Shown: piece after piece, positions 1 to 10,825 of the stretch
How positions within the stretch are numbered: the stretch's first letter is position 1
How the letters are laid out: every line of letters begins with the position of its first letter
From: an uncultured Acidobacteriota bacterium
GTDB taxonomy: Bacteria; Acidobacteriota; JAQAZP01
NCBI GenBank assembly: GCA_963836075.1
Contig: CAWIIB010000009.1
Coordinates: 3,330,442 to 3,394,441 of the forward strand
Reading direction: 5' to 3'
DNA: 64,000 nucleotides
The notes under the pieces: model-generated
What the model was told of the DNA's origin: nothing
Database searches by the model: none
Seen by the model: only the letters and a program-made list of their open reading frames with translations
Made by a program: the position numbers and the translations under genes

Positions 1-1419
1 CTGCGGGTGGGCGCCATGGGATTTCCCACCACCTACCCGCCCGAGCCGGTGAACGGGTTCATGATTAGCGGGTTTGACGCACCGGTAACCACCGGCATCG
101 ATTCCTCCTTCGTCTACCCCCGCTCGCTGTACCACGAACTGCGGCGAAAAATCGGGCCCTACGCCATCACTGAGTTCCAGGAGATCGACATCGGCCCGGG
201 ATGGCACCGCGCGGCACTGGAGGGGCTCTTCTCGGCCCTGGGGCGCAAGATGGAGTACGCCCGCTACCTGCTGGAGCAGAAGGGGCCCTGGGACGTCTTC
301 GGCGTCCTCTTCGGCGAGTCGGACACCGCGGCCCACCACTTCTGGCTCTTCCACGACAAGCTCTCGCCGCGGCACGACCCGCGGACCGGAGTGGAGTTCC
401 GCGATGCCCTGCTCCGGGTATACCAGGCCCTGGACGCGGCGGTGGGGGAGCTGGTGGAGCGGGCCGGCGAGGGGGCCCGGGTGATGATCCTCTCCGACCA
501 CGGCTTTGGCGGCGCCGGGCTGAAGACGCTGCACATTAATCGCTGGCTCTGGAGCGAGGGGCTGCTGGAGTTCGTGCCGCGCCGCGGGGATTCGCTGGTC
601 AACCGTCTCAAGAGCTGGGGCATGCGGCGGGTGCCGACGGCGCTGCAGGAACAGCTCTTCCGCCGTTTTTCAGGGCGCATCGCCTCGCGGATCGAGTCGG
701 CCTCGCGCTACGGCTCGATCCATTGGCCGGGCACCCGGGCCTACTCCGACGAGCTGAACTACTTCCCCTCCATCTGGATCAACCGCAAGGGCCGAGAGCC
801 CGACGGCACCGTGTCCACCGCCGAGGAATACCGTTCCACCGTGCGGCTGATCCAGGAGCGCCTGGCCGGGTTGACCGACCCGGAGACCGGTGAGCCGGTG
901 GTGGCCCGGGCCTGGCACCGCGATGAGCTCTACCACGGGCCATATGTCGAGCGGGCCCCGGACCTGGTGCTGGAGCTGAACCTCGACCGGGGGTATTCGT
1001 ACAGCTGCCTGCCCACACCGGCAGCGGGGGACAGCCCGATCATCGCCAGGATTCCCCTGGAGGACCGGCTGGGGGCCAAGGGCAAGGGGATGAACGGGAC
1101 CCACCGCCGCCACGGCATCCTGCTGCTCAGCGGCGAGGGCTGCCGTTCCGGGCTGGTGCAGGGGGCGGGGCTGGAGGATTTGGCGCCCACCCTGCTCCAC
1201 CTGCTGGGTCTCGCGGTGCCGGCCGGGATGGACGGCCGGGTGCTGACGGAGGCGCTCTCCCCGGTCTGGCTGCGTGAGCAGCCGGTGCCCAGGTCGAGGG
1301 GGCAGGTTGACCGCGTGGTTCGAGGCCTTGAAAGGGAACCTTTGCGGTTCACGCCTGAGGAAGAGGAACTGCTCCGCCGGCGCCTGCAGGGGCTGGGATA
1401 CCTGGAAAAAGATGACTGA
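1..1419 (+). CDS. alkaline phosphatase superfamily protein (type I phosphodiesterase/nucleotide pyrophosphatase-like), 5' end outside window
   Basis: Frame open from window edge; metal-ligand style motif ...ARVMILSDHGFGGAG...; stop TGA at 1417-1419. Confidence 0.55.
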   Translation: MRVGAMGFPTTYPPEPVNGFMISGFDAPVTTGIDSSFVYPRSLYHELRRKIGPYAITEFQEIDIGPGWHRAALEGLFSALGRKMEYARYLLEQKGPWDVFGVLFGESDTAAHHFWLFHDKLSPRHDPRTGVEFRDALLRVYQALDAAVGELVERAGEGARVMILSDHGFGGAGLKTLHINRWLWSEGLLEFVPRRGDSLVNRLKSWGMRRVPTALQEQLFRRFSGRIASRIESASRYGSIHWPGTRAYSDELNYFPSIWINRKGREPDGTVSTAEEYRSTVRLIQERLAGLTDPETGEPVVARAWHRDELYHGPYVERAPDLVLELNLDRGYSYSCLPTPAAGDSPIIARIPLEDRLGAKGKGMNGTHRRHGILLLSGEGCRSGLVQGAGLEDLAPTLLHLLGLAVPAGMDGRVLTEALSPVWLREQPVPRSRGQVDRVVRGLEREPLRFTPEEEELLRRRLQGLGYLEKDD

Positions 1420-2630
1420 GCCTCGCCGTTACCGCATCGCCATGGTGGCCGCCTGCCCCTTTCCCACCTGTCAGGGATCGCAGGTGCTGGTCAGGCAGAC
1501 CGCCGAGTCCCTGGCCCGGCGCGGGCACCAGGTGCATCTGATCTGCTACCATTTTGGCGAGGAGATTCCGCTGCAAACATCGGAGCAGCTGGTGCTGCAC
1601 CGCATCGCCTACCCTTCGATCTACCGCAAGTACCGGGCCGGGCCCTCGATCCAGAAGCCGCTGCTCGACGCGTTGATGGTCCGCTTGCTGCTCAAGGTGA
1701 CCCGCCGTCACCGCATCCAGGTGGTCCACGCCCACAACTACGAAGCGCTGCTGGTGGGGCTCAGCTCCAGGCTGTTCAGCCGCACCCCGGTGGTTTTTCA
1801 CTCGCACAACGCCATCAGCGACGAGTTGAGTTCCTTTTTTCGCTCCACCCGGGCCAGGCGGCTGGCCGACCGGGTGGGCGGGCTGATCGACGGCAGCATG
1901 CCCCGGCGGGCCGACCACGTGATCGCCATCAACGACGAACTGGAGCGCTTCTTTCTAGACCATGGAGTGGGGGAGGGGCGGATCTCCTGCCTGCCCCCGG
2001 GGATCGCACTGGAGGAGTGGTCGGAAAGGCCCCTGGCCGACGGATCGCCGGAATCGGCCGCCCTGGAGGCGCTGGACCGCTGGCTGGGGGAGCAGGAATC
2101 GGTCGCTCTCTATGCCGGCAATCTCGATGACTACCAGAACCTGCCGCTGATGTTCCGTGCCTTTGTCCGGGTGCGTGCGCAACTGCCCCAGGCGAGGCTG
2201 GTGGTGGTCAGTCGCTCCGACCCCCGACCGTACCAGGGAACTGACCGCCGAACTGGGCCTGGCCGATGTTGTTCTGTTCGTCGATCACACCAGCTTTCAG
2301 CTGGCCCGCCAGGTCTTCCGCCGCTGCCGGGTGGCCTTGCTGCCCCGGATCTCATGGTGCGGTTTCCCGATCAAGCTGCTCAACTACATGGCCGCCGGCC
2401 TGCCGGTAGTGGCCAGCCAGGGCAGCGCCAAGATCGTCTACCACGGTGAATCGGGCCTGGTGGTGCCGGATGGCGACGAGGAGGGTTTTGCCGCAGCCGT
2501 GACCCGGCTGCTGTCCGAGCCTGACACCGCCAGGGCCATGGGCCATGCCGGACGGCAGCGCGTGGAAGCGGAACATGGCTGGGATACGCACACCCACCGG
2601 CTGGAAGAGATTTACGCCTCCCTGGTCTGA
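1412..2630 (+). CDS. glycosyltransferase family 4 (GT-B fold), reading frame interrupted near 2220-2230
   Basis: ATG 1412 overlaps upstream stop (ATGACTGA). N-terminal part (MTEPRRYRIAMVAACPFP...VHAHNYEAL...) switches frame after a C5 run at 2221-2225 to ...RELTAELGLADVVLFVDH...GLPVVAS...ESGLVVPDGD... Confidence 0.7.
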
Positions 2631-2679
2631 ATGCAACAGAATGGGGCCCCTTCTGTTGCACGCCCTGGACTCTCACCCC

Positions 2680-5600
2680 TCATGGCGCGTAGGTCGTCAC
2701 CACCTGCAGGCTGGTGTCCGTATCACCCGCCGGCGCGTACGGCGGAAAGTTGTATGGCGGCGGTGTCACGTCCTCGGCCACCAGGCGAAAGCGATTCTCG
2801 CCGATCACCGTGGCCAGGGCCGGGATGTTCTGCATCCAGCTGGTGGTATAGTTCTCACCGGGGGAGAGGTTGGTATAGCCGGCTCGCCAATTCGGGAAGT
2901 AGGACTTGTTGGCCAGGACCACGTCGATGCGCGCCGCCATCCGCCGGGTCTGCTCGCTGTGGTTGTTTACCAGGGAGATCGACATCAGGGTGCTGAAGGG
3001 CACTGTTCCAACCGAAGGCACCGAGGTGATCGTGGCCGAGATCGTGGGGGGCAGGGCGTGGCACAGTTCCAGGTGGCTCGGTTCCATGCCCCAGTTTTCC
3101 ATGAACGGGTTCTCAGCGGGCGGCGAGATGGCGGTAGAGGTCATGGTGTAGCCGCCGCCGGGCGGGTACTGGTCCGAGGTGATCAGCGTCTCGCTGCTGA
3201 ACAGGTAGCAGTTTCTCACCATGCCGTCTCTGTCGGTGTGTGCCACGAACGCCTGCACACTGGACGAACCGAAGCTGGTCGTGGACCCGGCAGCGGCAAA
3301 GCCGTCCTCGTGGACCACCAGGGCTTCGAAATTGTCTTCGCCGCCACTACCGATCCGGTGGGCCCAGAGTGCTTGCCCCTCACTGTCGAAACGGCAGAGT
3401 AGGGCGTCATTTGTCGCTCCCCGTACCTGACTGATCCTCCCGCATCCCACCACATCGCCGTCCCCGGTCGGCTTCAGGTCGTAAAGACTTTCGTAGTTCG
3501 ATGTCTCCGCTGTGCGGAACCACTGGCGGGTGCCGTTGCCGGCCAGCTTGACCAGCAGGATGTCGGTGTCGCCGTAGCTGTTGGTGTGACCGCCGAGCAG
3601 CAGGTCGCCACCCGACAGTTCAACTATGCCGTAAAACCTGTCGACACCGGCGCTCCCCGACTGAGAGCACCAGGTGAAGCTGCCGTCATCCTCCATGCGA
3701 ACGGCGATGGCATCCTGGTCGCCACCGTCCGGGTTGGAGTAGCCGGCAATCACCGATCCTCCGCCGCTGAGCGCTATGCCCCGGAGGCCCACTTCGTTCT
3801 GCGCTGTACCCAGCGTCCGCACGGACGGCACGGTGCCGGCGGATGTCAACTCCACCGCCAGCAGGTCGAACAGCCCTTCACCGTAGCTGTCGGTGTTGCC
3901 CACAGCCAGGTAGTTCCCGTCGGATTTCCGGTGGATCGACCAGAGCCGGTCGAACTGGGTGCCGCCGGTGACCGAGGTCCAGAGCACGGCGCCGCCGGAG
4001 TCGAAGCGCATCATCAGCGCATCATCCAGGCCGGCGCCGTAGGTGCTCGTGTATCCCACCACAATGCATCCGCCGTCGTCGGTGACCAGCAGGTCACGGG
4101 GGATTTCATCGTACATGCCGCCGGCTTCCCTGGCCCATTCCAGATCGCCCAGGGCGTCGTATTTGAGCAGCAGCACATCGGTGTTGTAGATACCCACCCA
4201 GGACTGGGTGGCCACGAGGTAGCCCTGGTCAGGGGTTTGCCCTATGGCATCGGCCCAGTCCGGGTCGTCGCGGCCGCTGGCCACCAGCCAGTATTCGGGG
4301 TCCAGGGGTTCATAATCGCATAGGGAATCCCAGTAGAAATACGGATTGACGGCGGTGGTGGTGTAAGCCTGTTCGCCCAGGGTCACCGGGGAGACAGCGA
4401 GGGTCACCGCGGACCAGGCCGGCGTTTGCAGCGGTGAGTAGGTGTCCCAGGTGCGGATGTGGGGGCACCCCGGAACCTGACCGTTGGCGTCCACCGCCGC
4501 CAGTATCGTATCCTGTTCGCCCGTGCCGAAGGGGGTCCTGGTGCCGGCCAGCAGATAGCCCCCGCCAGGCCGGTTGTGTACCTGGCCGGCACGCTCGAAG
4601 CCGTCATCCCCCAGGATACGGACCCACTGCAGACCGCCCACGTCGTCGAAGTCGATCAGCAGGACGTCCTCTAACACGCCGCCGTCGTCACTATCGCCGC
4701 ACACCATGAATCCGCCCCCCTCTCGAAGGGCCAGGGTTTCTCCGCTCTCATCCACGCCCGCGTCGCCCAGGGAGCGGGCCCAGTAGAGCGTTCCATTGGC
4801 GCCGAACCGGGCCACCAGGACATCCTTGGTGCCGGAGGGGTCGTAGTCCTGGGTGGCACCGGAGGCGAAAAAATCACCATTTGGTGCTTCCACGGCATCG
4901 AACAGATAGGAGTAGCCGACATCATCCCCCACCACCGTGGTCCAGGAGACCGTGGTTGTGTCGGCGAACTTGATCAGCAGGCCCTGGGCGTGTGTGGCGA
5001 AACTGCTCGACCAGCCGGTGGCGATGAAGCCGCCATCACTGGTGGCGCTGAAGGACCGGAGGATATCGTTGCTCGAGTCGCCGACGACGGTGGTCTGGAT
5101 CAAATCACCGGTGAAGTCGAACTCCAGCAGCAACACATCGACACTGCCCGGTCCGTATCCGGATCCGTGCGCACCGACGGCCAGGGTGTCGTCGGTGGTG
5201 AGGCAGATGCCCGCAGGGTAGATGGCGGCAGAGCTGCCGGCAAGACGGGTCCACTGGATCGTGCCGTTGGTGTTGTATCTCACCAGCAGAACCCGTGGTT
5301 CTTCTTCACCCAGGACTTCGGTCTTGCCCACCGCCACGAAGGTCCCGTCGGGCAGCTCACAGACGGCTGTGTAAAAGTCGTTCCCCCCGAGGTTCAGAGC
5401 GGAGGCCCAGACCAGGTCCCCCTCGGCATCGTGTCTCATCAGGTGGGCATCAAAGAAATTTCCGGCGGAATTCCAACTGTATCCGGCCACCACCGAGCCG
5501 CCGTCAGCGGTCACGATCATATCCATCGCGTAATCGTAGTCGGGGCCTCCTCCATAGTCGAGGAACAGGTGGTCCCCATCGGCCCGGCTTTTTCCATGGA

Positions 5601-5775
5601 GGCCAGCTGCATATTCCGCGGTGACGTCTCTGGACTGAACGTCCACGTGGTGAACCGCTGTCTCCACATCCACGGATCGTGTCTGGAAATCTGCTGCGGA
5701 AACCGCGGCAGGAGCGGTAACGGCCAAAAGGGCAGTGAGGAAAACAGACAGAACGATGATGTGTTTCCGGATCAT
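2680..5775 (-). CDS. secreted beta-propeller repeat protein (delta-60/SBBP-like repeats) with shared C-terminal domain
   Basis: Signal peptide MIRKHIIVLSVFLTALLAVTAPAAVSA with RBS AGGAG upstream of ATG 5775; repeated ...DGG.VVAGYS...LVRYN.NG... units; C-terminal ~100 aa similar to C-termini of 9488..10723 and 55010..57958. Confidence 0.6.
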   Translation of the reverse strand: MIRKHIIVLSVFLTALLAVTAPAAVSAADFQTRSVDVETAVHHVDVQSRDVTAEYAAGLHGKSRADGDHLFLDYGGGPDYDYAMDMIVTADGGSVVAGYSWNSAGNFFDAHLMRHDAEGDLVWASALNLGGNDFYTAVCELPDGTFVAVGKTEVLGEEEPRVLLVRYNTNGTIQWTRLAGSSAAIYPAGICLTTDDTLAVGAHGSGYGPGSVDVLLLEFDFTGDLIQTTVVGDSSNDILRSFSATSDGGFIATGWSSSFATHAQGLLIKFADTTTVSWTTVVGDDVGYSYLFDAVEAPNGDFFASGATQDYDPSGTKDVLVARFGANGTLYWARSLGDAGVDESGETLALREGGGFMVCGDSDDGGVLEDVLLIDFDDVGGLQWVRILGDDGFERAGQVHNRPGGGYLLAGTRTPFGTGEQDTILAAVDANGQVPGCPHIRTWDTYSPLQTPAWSAVTLAVSPVTLGEQAYTTTAVNPYFYWDSLCDYEPLDPEYWLVASGRDDPDWADAIGQTPDQGYLVATQSWVGIYNTDVLLLKYDALGDLEWAREAGGMYDEIPRDLLVTDDGGCIVVGYTSTYGAGLDDALMMRFDSGGAVLWTSVTGGTQFDRLWSIHRKSDGNYLAVGNTDSYGEGLFDLLAVELTSAGTVPSVRTLGTAQNEVGLRGIALSGGGSVIAGYSNPDGGDQDAIAVRMEDDGSFTWCSQSGSAGVDRFYGIVELSGGDLLLGGHTNSYGDTDILLVKLAGNGTRQWFRTAETSNYESLYDLKPTGDGDVVGCGRISQVRGATNDALLCRFDSEGQALWAHRIGSGGEDNFEALVVHEDGFAAAGSTTSFGSSSVQAFVAHTDRDGMVRNCYLFSSETLITSDQYPPGGGYTMTSTAISPPAENPFMENWGMEPSHLELCHALPPTISATITSVPSVGTVPFSTLMSISLVNNHSEQTRRMAARIDVVLANKSYFPNWRAGYTNLSPGENYTTSWMQNIPALATVIGENRFRLVAEDVTPPPYNFPPYAPAGDTDTSLQVVTTYAP

Positions 5776-5965
5776 GGTGGGCAAGCTCCTGTGGAAGAAG
5801 ATTGGTTGGGATCTATTCAAATTTTCCTCGGAGGGTCGACGGGAAAACGAGACGAGAAAAAACCTATGAGGAAAATGTAAGTTCTGACGTGGGCTTTGTC
5901 AAGGCGAGGAGATGAAACAGGTTTTTGCATGCAACAAAAGGTGCCTGCCCCATTCTGTTGCGTTT

Positions 5966-6934
5966 TCAGCAGGAGTGGTGGACCGTGGTGAAGGGGATGA
6001 CCAGCGGGAAGCGGTCGGACAGTTCCTCCACCAGGCGGTGCTGTTCACCAGGGGCGGTGAGGGCAATGACAGCCCCGCCGCCGCCTGAGCCGGTGAGCTT
6101 GGCCCCCAGGACGCCTTTCTGCCGGCGCAGCAGGGCAGTGGCCCGGTCGAGTTCAGGCGTGGAGACACCCAGTTGAGCCAGCAGCTCGTGGTTGCGGTTC
6201 ATCAGCTCGCCGGTTTTGGCCAGGTTGCCGGAGACCAGAAGGCTGCTCGCCTCTTCCGCAATCCGGCCGATTTCATTGAGCAATCCCTTGACCAGCCGTT
6301 CGTCCAGGACCAGGTTCTGGCGCACCCTGCGCACCTGCTCCAGGGTGGAGGCTCCAGGTTCGACGATACCGATCAGGCCCGACGGCGGGGTGGGGATGCG
6401 GAGGGGCAGGATTTCCCGCGGGGGCCCCTTGCGAAACCGGAGCACGCCATCGGCCAGCACGGTGGCGGCGTCCATGCCGCTGGGGTTGCCGTGAAAGATC
6501 GATTCCAGCTGCTGCACGTCGTCGAAGAGCGTGCTCTCGCTGTCGCTCTCCTCATGTCCGGCATGGCGGCGCAGGGCCTTGCAGACCCCGGCGGAGAATG
6601 CCGCCGAAGAACCGAGACCCATACCCACCGGCAGGTCCGACTCCACCTCCAGGGCGATGGGCTCCTGTTCCAGGTTGTAGATCGAGAGGCCCTGCTGCAC
6701 CGCCCGGGAGAAGAGATCGAAGCTCGACTCCGGTTCGGTCTCGCCGAAATACTGCTTGAACCGCGGGCGGACCAGCCGCGGCCCCCGGGGATCGTGGCTC
6801 ACCCGGATGCGCATTCCGATGTCGATGGGGGCGGCGATGCCGGGATGGCCGTAAACCGTGGCGTGCTCGCCAAAGAGAATCAGCTTCCCCGGAGCCGGTA
6901 CCTCGAAGGGCAGGTTGGCCTGATTTCTGTTCAT
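5966..6934 (-). CDS. mvk: mevalonate kinase (GHMP kinase family)
   Basis: Motifs APGKLILFGEHATVYG and PVGMGLGSSAA typical of mevalonate kinase. Confidence 0.8.
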   Translation of the reverse strand: MNRNQANLPFEVPAPGKLILFGEHATVYGHPGIAAPIDIGMRIRVSHDPRGPRLVRPRFKQYFGETEPESSFDLFSRAVQQGLSIYNLEQEPIALEVESDLPVGMGLGSSAAFSAGVCKALRRHAGHEESDSESTLFDDVQQLESIFHGNPSGMDAATVLADGVLRFRKGPPREILPLRIPTPPSGLIGIVEPGASTLEQVRRVRQNLVLDERLVKGLLNEIGRIAEEASSLLVSGNLAKTGELMNRNHELLAQLGVSTPELDRATALLRRQKGVLGAKLTGSGGGGAVIALTAPGEQHRLVEELSDRFPLVIPFTTVHHSC

Positions 6935-6941
6935 TGGGCGT

Positions 6942-8018
6942 TTACGATTCGTGCCATCCCTTGGCGGAGAGCCAGCGGAACAGTTCCCCGGTGTAGACCC
7001 GGGGCGCCCGCTTCAAGGCAGCGAGGTCTCCGGCCCCGGTGAGCACCATGGCGTTTTTCAACTCACGAATCACCCGGTCCACATACTGGTCCGCGCCGTG
7101 GACGCCCCCTTCGCGGTAGGCGAGGAACACCGAGCGGGCAAAACCGACCAGGTCGGCGCCGGCGGCGATGGCCCGTGCGGCGTCGAGACCGGTGATGATC
7201 CCCCCGGCGCCGATGATGCAGGTGCCGGGACGGCAGGTCCTGCGGGCGGCGATGATGCTGAAAGCGGTGGGAATGCCCCAGTCGGCAAAGGTACCGGCGA
7301 TCTGCCTCGAGGAGTCGTCAACTTCGCGGTGCATCTCCACCTTGGTCCAGGAGGTGCCCCCGGCCCCGGCCACATCGATGCAGGTGACCCCGGCCCGGTC
7401 GAGCATGGCCAGGGTCTCAGGGCTCATTCCTGCGCCGGTCTCCTTGACCAGTACCCTGCCGGGGATGCGTTTGACCAGCTTTTCCAGAGCGTTGAGGATT
7501 CCGCCGAAGTTGCAGTCCCCCTCGGGCTGCACCAGCTCCTGGGCCGGGTTGAGGTGGATGCAGATGGCGTCGGCCTCGATCTGTTCCTTGAGCCCGGCGA
7601 TGGCGGCGGTATCGTATTCCAGCAACTGGGCCCCGCCGATGTTGCCCAGCAGTACCGACTCGGGGATGTGACTGCGCACGGCGAAGTCGGTGAGCGCCTC
7701 GGGGTGGTCGAGGATCACCCGCTGGCTGCCCACCCCGAACCCGATGCCATGCTCGGCGGCCACGGTGGCCAGATCACGATTCATCGCCCCGGCCAGCTCG
7801 GTGCCGCCGGACATGCTGGTGATCAGCAGCGGGGCCCTGAGCTTCCGCCCGAAGAACTCCACCGATGTGTCCACACTGTCCAGGTCGATTTCGGGCAGGG
7901 CCTGGTGGAACAGCCGCACGTGCTCCAGCAGGGTGGTGGACGCGTGGGCCACCGGTTCCTCGGCCACGATCCGCAGGTGATCGGCCTTTCTCGTCCTGAT
8001 TTGATGGTCCCTGGCCAT
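6942..8018 (-). CDS. fni: isopentenyl-diphosphate delta-isomerase type 2 (FMN-dependent)
   Basis: TIM-barrel IDI-2-like sequence over full length (…LLITSMSGG…GFGVGSQR…VKETGAGMS…IDVAGAGGTSW…IGAGGI…); adjacent to mvk. Confidence 0.8.
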   Translation of the reverse strand: MARDHQIRTRKADHLRIVAEEPVAHASTTLLEHVRLFHQALPEIDLDSVDTSVEFFGRKLRAPLLITSMSGGTELAGAMNRDLATVAAEHGIGFGVGSQRVILDHPEALTDFAVRSHIPESVLLGNIGGAQLLEYDTAAIAGLKEQIEADAICIHLNPAQELVQPEGDCNFGGILNALEKLVKRIPGRVLVKETGAGMSPETLAMLDRAGVTCIDVAGAGGTSWTKVEMHREVDDSSRQIAGTFADWGIPTAFSIIAARRTCRPGTCIIGAGGIITGLDAARAIAAGADLVGFARSVFLAYREGGVHGADQYVDRVIRELKNAMVLTGAGDLAALKRAPRVYTGELFRWLSAKGWHES

Positions 8019-8202
8019 GTCTCCTCGACTGAAAAGTTATATCCGAAAGATGTTAGAACATTTTTCCAGTCTGTCAAGGAATTCCTGTGCTGCCGAGCCT
8101 GTCCGGCAACCTGTCCGGGCCCCACTCGTCCCCGTCGGCCACCGAAGAAAACTTGACCCCGTATAAGGAAAGACCTACACTTTCCAAAATGGAGGGCGAG
8201 CC

Positions 8203-9468
8203 ATGAACACTCTTCTGCGCCACCTTCTCCCTTTCGTTATCGTTGCGGTACTACTTACATTCTGTTCCGGTTTGTCGGCCCTGGCCCACCCCTGGCTCTT
8301 CGAGGCGAGGATGGACTTTTTTGCCAACGATGAACCGGGAGGCATCGCCCATGGCGATTTCGATGCCGATGGTGCCGTCGATCTGGCGGTGACCAATTAC
8401 GGATTGGAAACGATCACGATTTTCTTGGGCAAGGGGGACGGCACCTTCGATGAGCTGGGAGTATACGTCGTGGGGCACGAACCCTCATCGCTGGCCGCCG
8501 GGGACCTGAACGGCGACGGCCGGCCGGACCTTGCGGTATCCATGACATCTCCAGGATCGGTGCATGTTCTGCTGGGCAATGGTGACGGCACCTTCCAGGA
8601 TGCCGTGCCCTACGGGACCGCTTCCGGCACGTATTGCGTGGTCATCGCCCACCTGGACTCCGATACGATTCCCGATCTGGTCACATCCAATTTTTACGAG
8701 GACTCTGTTTCCGTCTTTCTGGGCAACGGGGATGGAACATTCGAACATCTGGGAGACCAAGGCGCCGGTGACGGTCCCGCGTGGGTGGCCGTGGACGATT
8801 TTGACGGTGACGGGGATTCCGATCTGGTTACGGCCAATGCCTTTGCCCACACTGTCCGCATTCTCCTGGGAAACGGAGACGGCAGTTTCCAGGCCGGCGC
8901 GGCCTACCAGGCTGGAAGCGACCCGAGGTCGGTGGCTGTGGGCCTGTTCAACGATGACAGCCACCCGGACCTGGTGGCGGCCAATCACCAGTCGGACTAT
9001 CTCTCGCTGTTTCTGGGCAACGGTGATGGTACGTTCCAGCAGGCAATACAGATCGATTCCCACTTCAACATCCGTTCCCTCTCCGTTTCCGACCTTGATG
9101 AGGATGGTCATCAGGACCTGGTGACGGCAAATGTTGGAGACGATACGATCTCGGTGATGGCCGGCAACGGAAACGGCACTTTCGACGCGGCTGTGGACTA
9201 CCGTACCGCCGAAGCCCCGTTGGACGTTGCGGTCGTGGACCTGGACGGTGACGGAATGTCCGATCTCAGTGTGGTGAACTTCTGGAGTGACAACATCTCG
9301 ACATTCAGGGGTAACGGGGACGCCACCTTTGTTGTGCCGTTCTCCATCGAGGTCCATGAACATCCCTGGTCGGTGGCCGCTGCAGATTTCAACGGCGACT
9401 CCATCCTCGACCTGGTGTCCGGCTCCGGGGTAGAGAGTTTGATCTCAGGTCCTGCTGGGATACGGTGA
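8203..9468 (+). CDS. FG-GAP/VCBS repeat protein, N-terminal part with signal peptide
   Basis: RBS GGAGGG before ATG; signal peptide MNTLLRHLLPFVIVAVLLTFCSGLSALA; repeated units ...DLNGDGRPDLAV...VLLGNGDGTFQ... Confidence 0.7.
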   Translation: MNTLLRHLLPFVIVAVLLTFCSGLSALAHPWLFEARMDFFANDEPGGIAHGDFDADGAVDLAVTNYGLETITIFLGKGDGTFDELGVYVVGHEPSSLAAGDLNGDGRPDLAVSMTSPGSVHVLLGNGDGTFQDAVPYGTASGTYCVVIAHLDSDTIPDLVTSNFYEDSVSVFLGNGDGTFEHLGDQGAGDGPAWVAVDDFDGDGDSDLVTANAFAHTVRILLGNGDGSFQAGAAYQAGSDPRSVAVGLFNDDSHPDLVAANHQSDYLSLFLGNGDGTFQQAIQIDSHFNIRSLSVSDLDEDGHQDLVTANVGDDTISVMAGNGNGTFDAAVDYRTAEAPLDVAVVDLDGDGMSDLSVVNFWSDNISTFRGNGDATFVVPFSIEVHEHPWSVAAADFNGDSILDLVSGSGVESLISGPAGIR

Positions 9469-9487
9469 CGGCACCTTCCAGACTCCC

Positions 9488-10723
9488 GTGGACTATTCCG
9501 TGGGCGAAGAGCCGCAATCGATCGCCGTACGTGATCTGAACGGTGACGGCGCCCCTGATCTGGTCACCGCCAACTACGACTCTGACGACCTGTCGGTGCT
9601 GCTGGGCAATGGTGACGGAACATTCCAGTCCGCGGTGGCGTACCAGGTCGGTAACGGTCCCGAATCGGTGGCCGCCGGCGACCTGGATGGTGACGGCATT
9701 CCCGACCTGATGGCGGCCAACAAGTACACCGACGATGTATCGGTGCTGCGGGGCAATGGTGACGGCACGTTTCAGGCCGCGGCATCGTTTCCAGCCGGTG
9801 ATTCGCCAGGCGGAATGGCCGCCGGCGACCTGGACGGCGACGGGGCTCTCGACCTGGGCGTGGCCACGATGGATGGCCTCGCCGTGCTTGCGGGGAATGG
9901 TGGGGGGGCATTTGGGAACCCCGTGTTCTACCCGGCAGGCCCGGACCCCTCCGCCGTGGTCATCGGCGATTTTGATGAGAACGGCATCCCGGACCTGGCG
10001 GTGACCAACTACGAGAGCGACTATATTTCAATGTTTCTGGGTGTCGGTGACGGCACCTTTCAGGCCGCCATGAACCACGCGGTGGGCGACAAGCCCTATG
10101 CCATTGTCGCCGGCGATCTGGACGGGGACTTTCACCTCGACCTGGCGGTGGGGAACATCATCAGCAACAATGTCGCCGTCCTGCCGGGCCACGGTGACGG
10201 CACCTTCGGCGACGTCTTGTTCTACGGTGCCGGATCCGGTCCTCCGACCCTCGCCATCGGAGACTTTGACCGGGATCGCCACCTCGACCTGGTTTCACCA
10301 TCCACCGCCGACAGTCACCTTGAGCTGCTCTTCAACACCACCGGCCTGGTCAAGGGCACCATCTGTGCCGGCCTGGACTGCACACCGTCCTGGGGCACAC
10401 TGCCGTTCCCCGTCACCATGTCGGTGAGGGTGGACAACCTCTATCCCGGGCAGACCCGGCAGTTCGACGCCCGGATCCACGCCACCCTGGCCAGCGGCCA
10501 GTCCATTTACAGCTGGAAGGAGGGGTACCTGAACATCGCCGGCGGCTCCAGCCACACCGTATCCTGGACCCAGGGCTTTCCGCTGCACGACTCCCTGGTG
10601 GGCGAAAACCTCTTCATTCTGGGGACCGAGGATGTCACCCCCACACCCTTCAACCAGCCACCCTACCCGCCGGCCGGGGACAAGTGGGGGGATGACTGCA
10701 CGGTGACCGGCATGGCCCCATGA
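9488..10723 (+). CDS. FG-GAP/VCBS repeat protein, C-terminal part with shared C-terminal domain; probably same gene as 8203..9468 across a frameshift
   Basis: Same repeat unit continues in frame +2 from 9443 (SQVLLGYGDGTFQ...) directly after the stop of 8203..9468; C-terminus ...EDVTPTPFNQPPYPPAGD...CTVTGMAP. Confidence 0.65.
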   Translation: MDYSVGEEPQSIAVRDLNGDGAPDLVTANYDSDDLSVLLGNGDGTFQSAVAYQVGNGPESVAAGDLDGDGIPDLMAANKYTDDVSVLRGNGDGTFQAAASFPAGDSPGGMAAGDLDGDGALDLGVATMDGLAVLAGNGGGAFGNPVFYPAGPDPSAVVIGDFDENGIPDLAVTNYESDYISMFLGVGDGTFQAAMNHAVGDKPYAIVAGDLDGDFHLDLAVGNIISNNVAVLPGHGDGTFGDVLFYGAGSGPPTLAIGDFDRDRHLDLVSPSTADSHLELLFNTTGLVKGTICAGLDCTPSWGTLPFPVTMSVRVDNLYPGQTRQFDARIHATLASGQSIYSWKEGYLNIAGGSSHTVSWTQGFPLHDSLVGENLFILGTEDVTPTPFNQPPYPPAGDKWGDDCTVTGMAP

Positions 10724-10825
10724 ACCGGCGATTGACTGCATGTCGGCGGTGACATATCCTTCAGTTGCTGTTTTTCCACTCGATCTACAACGGGATCAGA
10801 TTGTTACGGATCGCGAAGGAGGACC

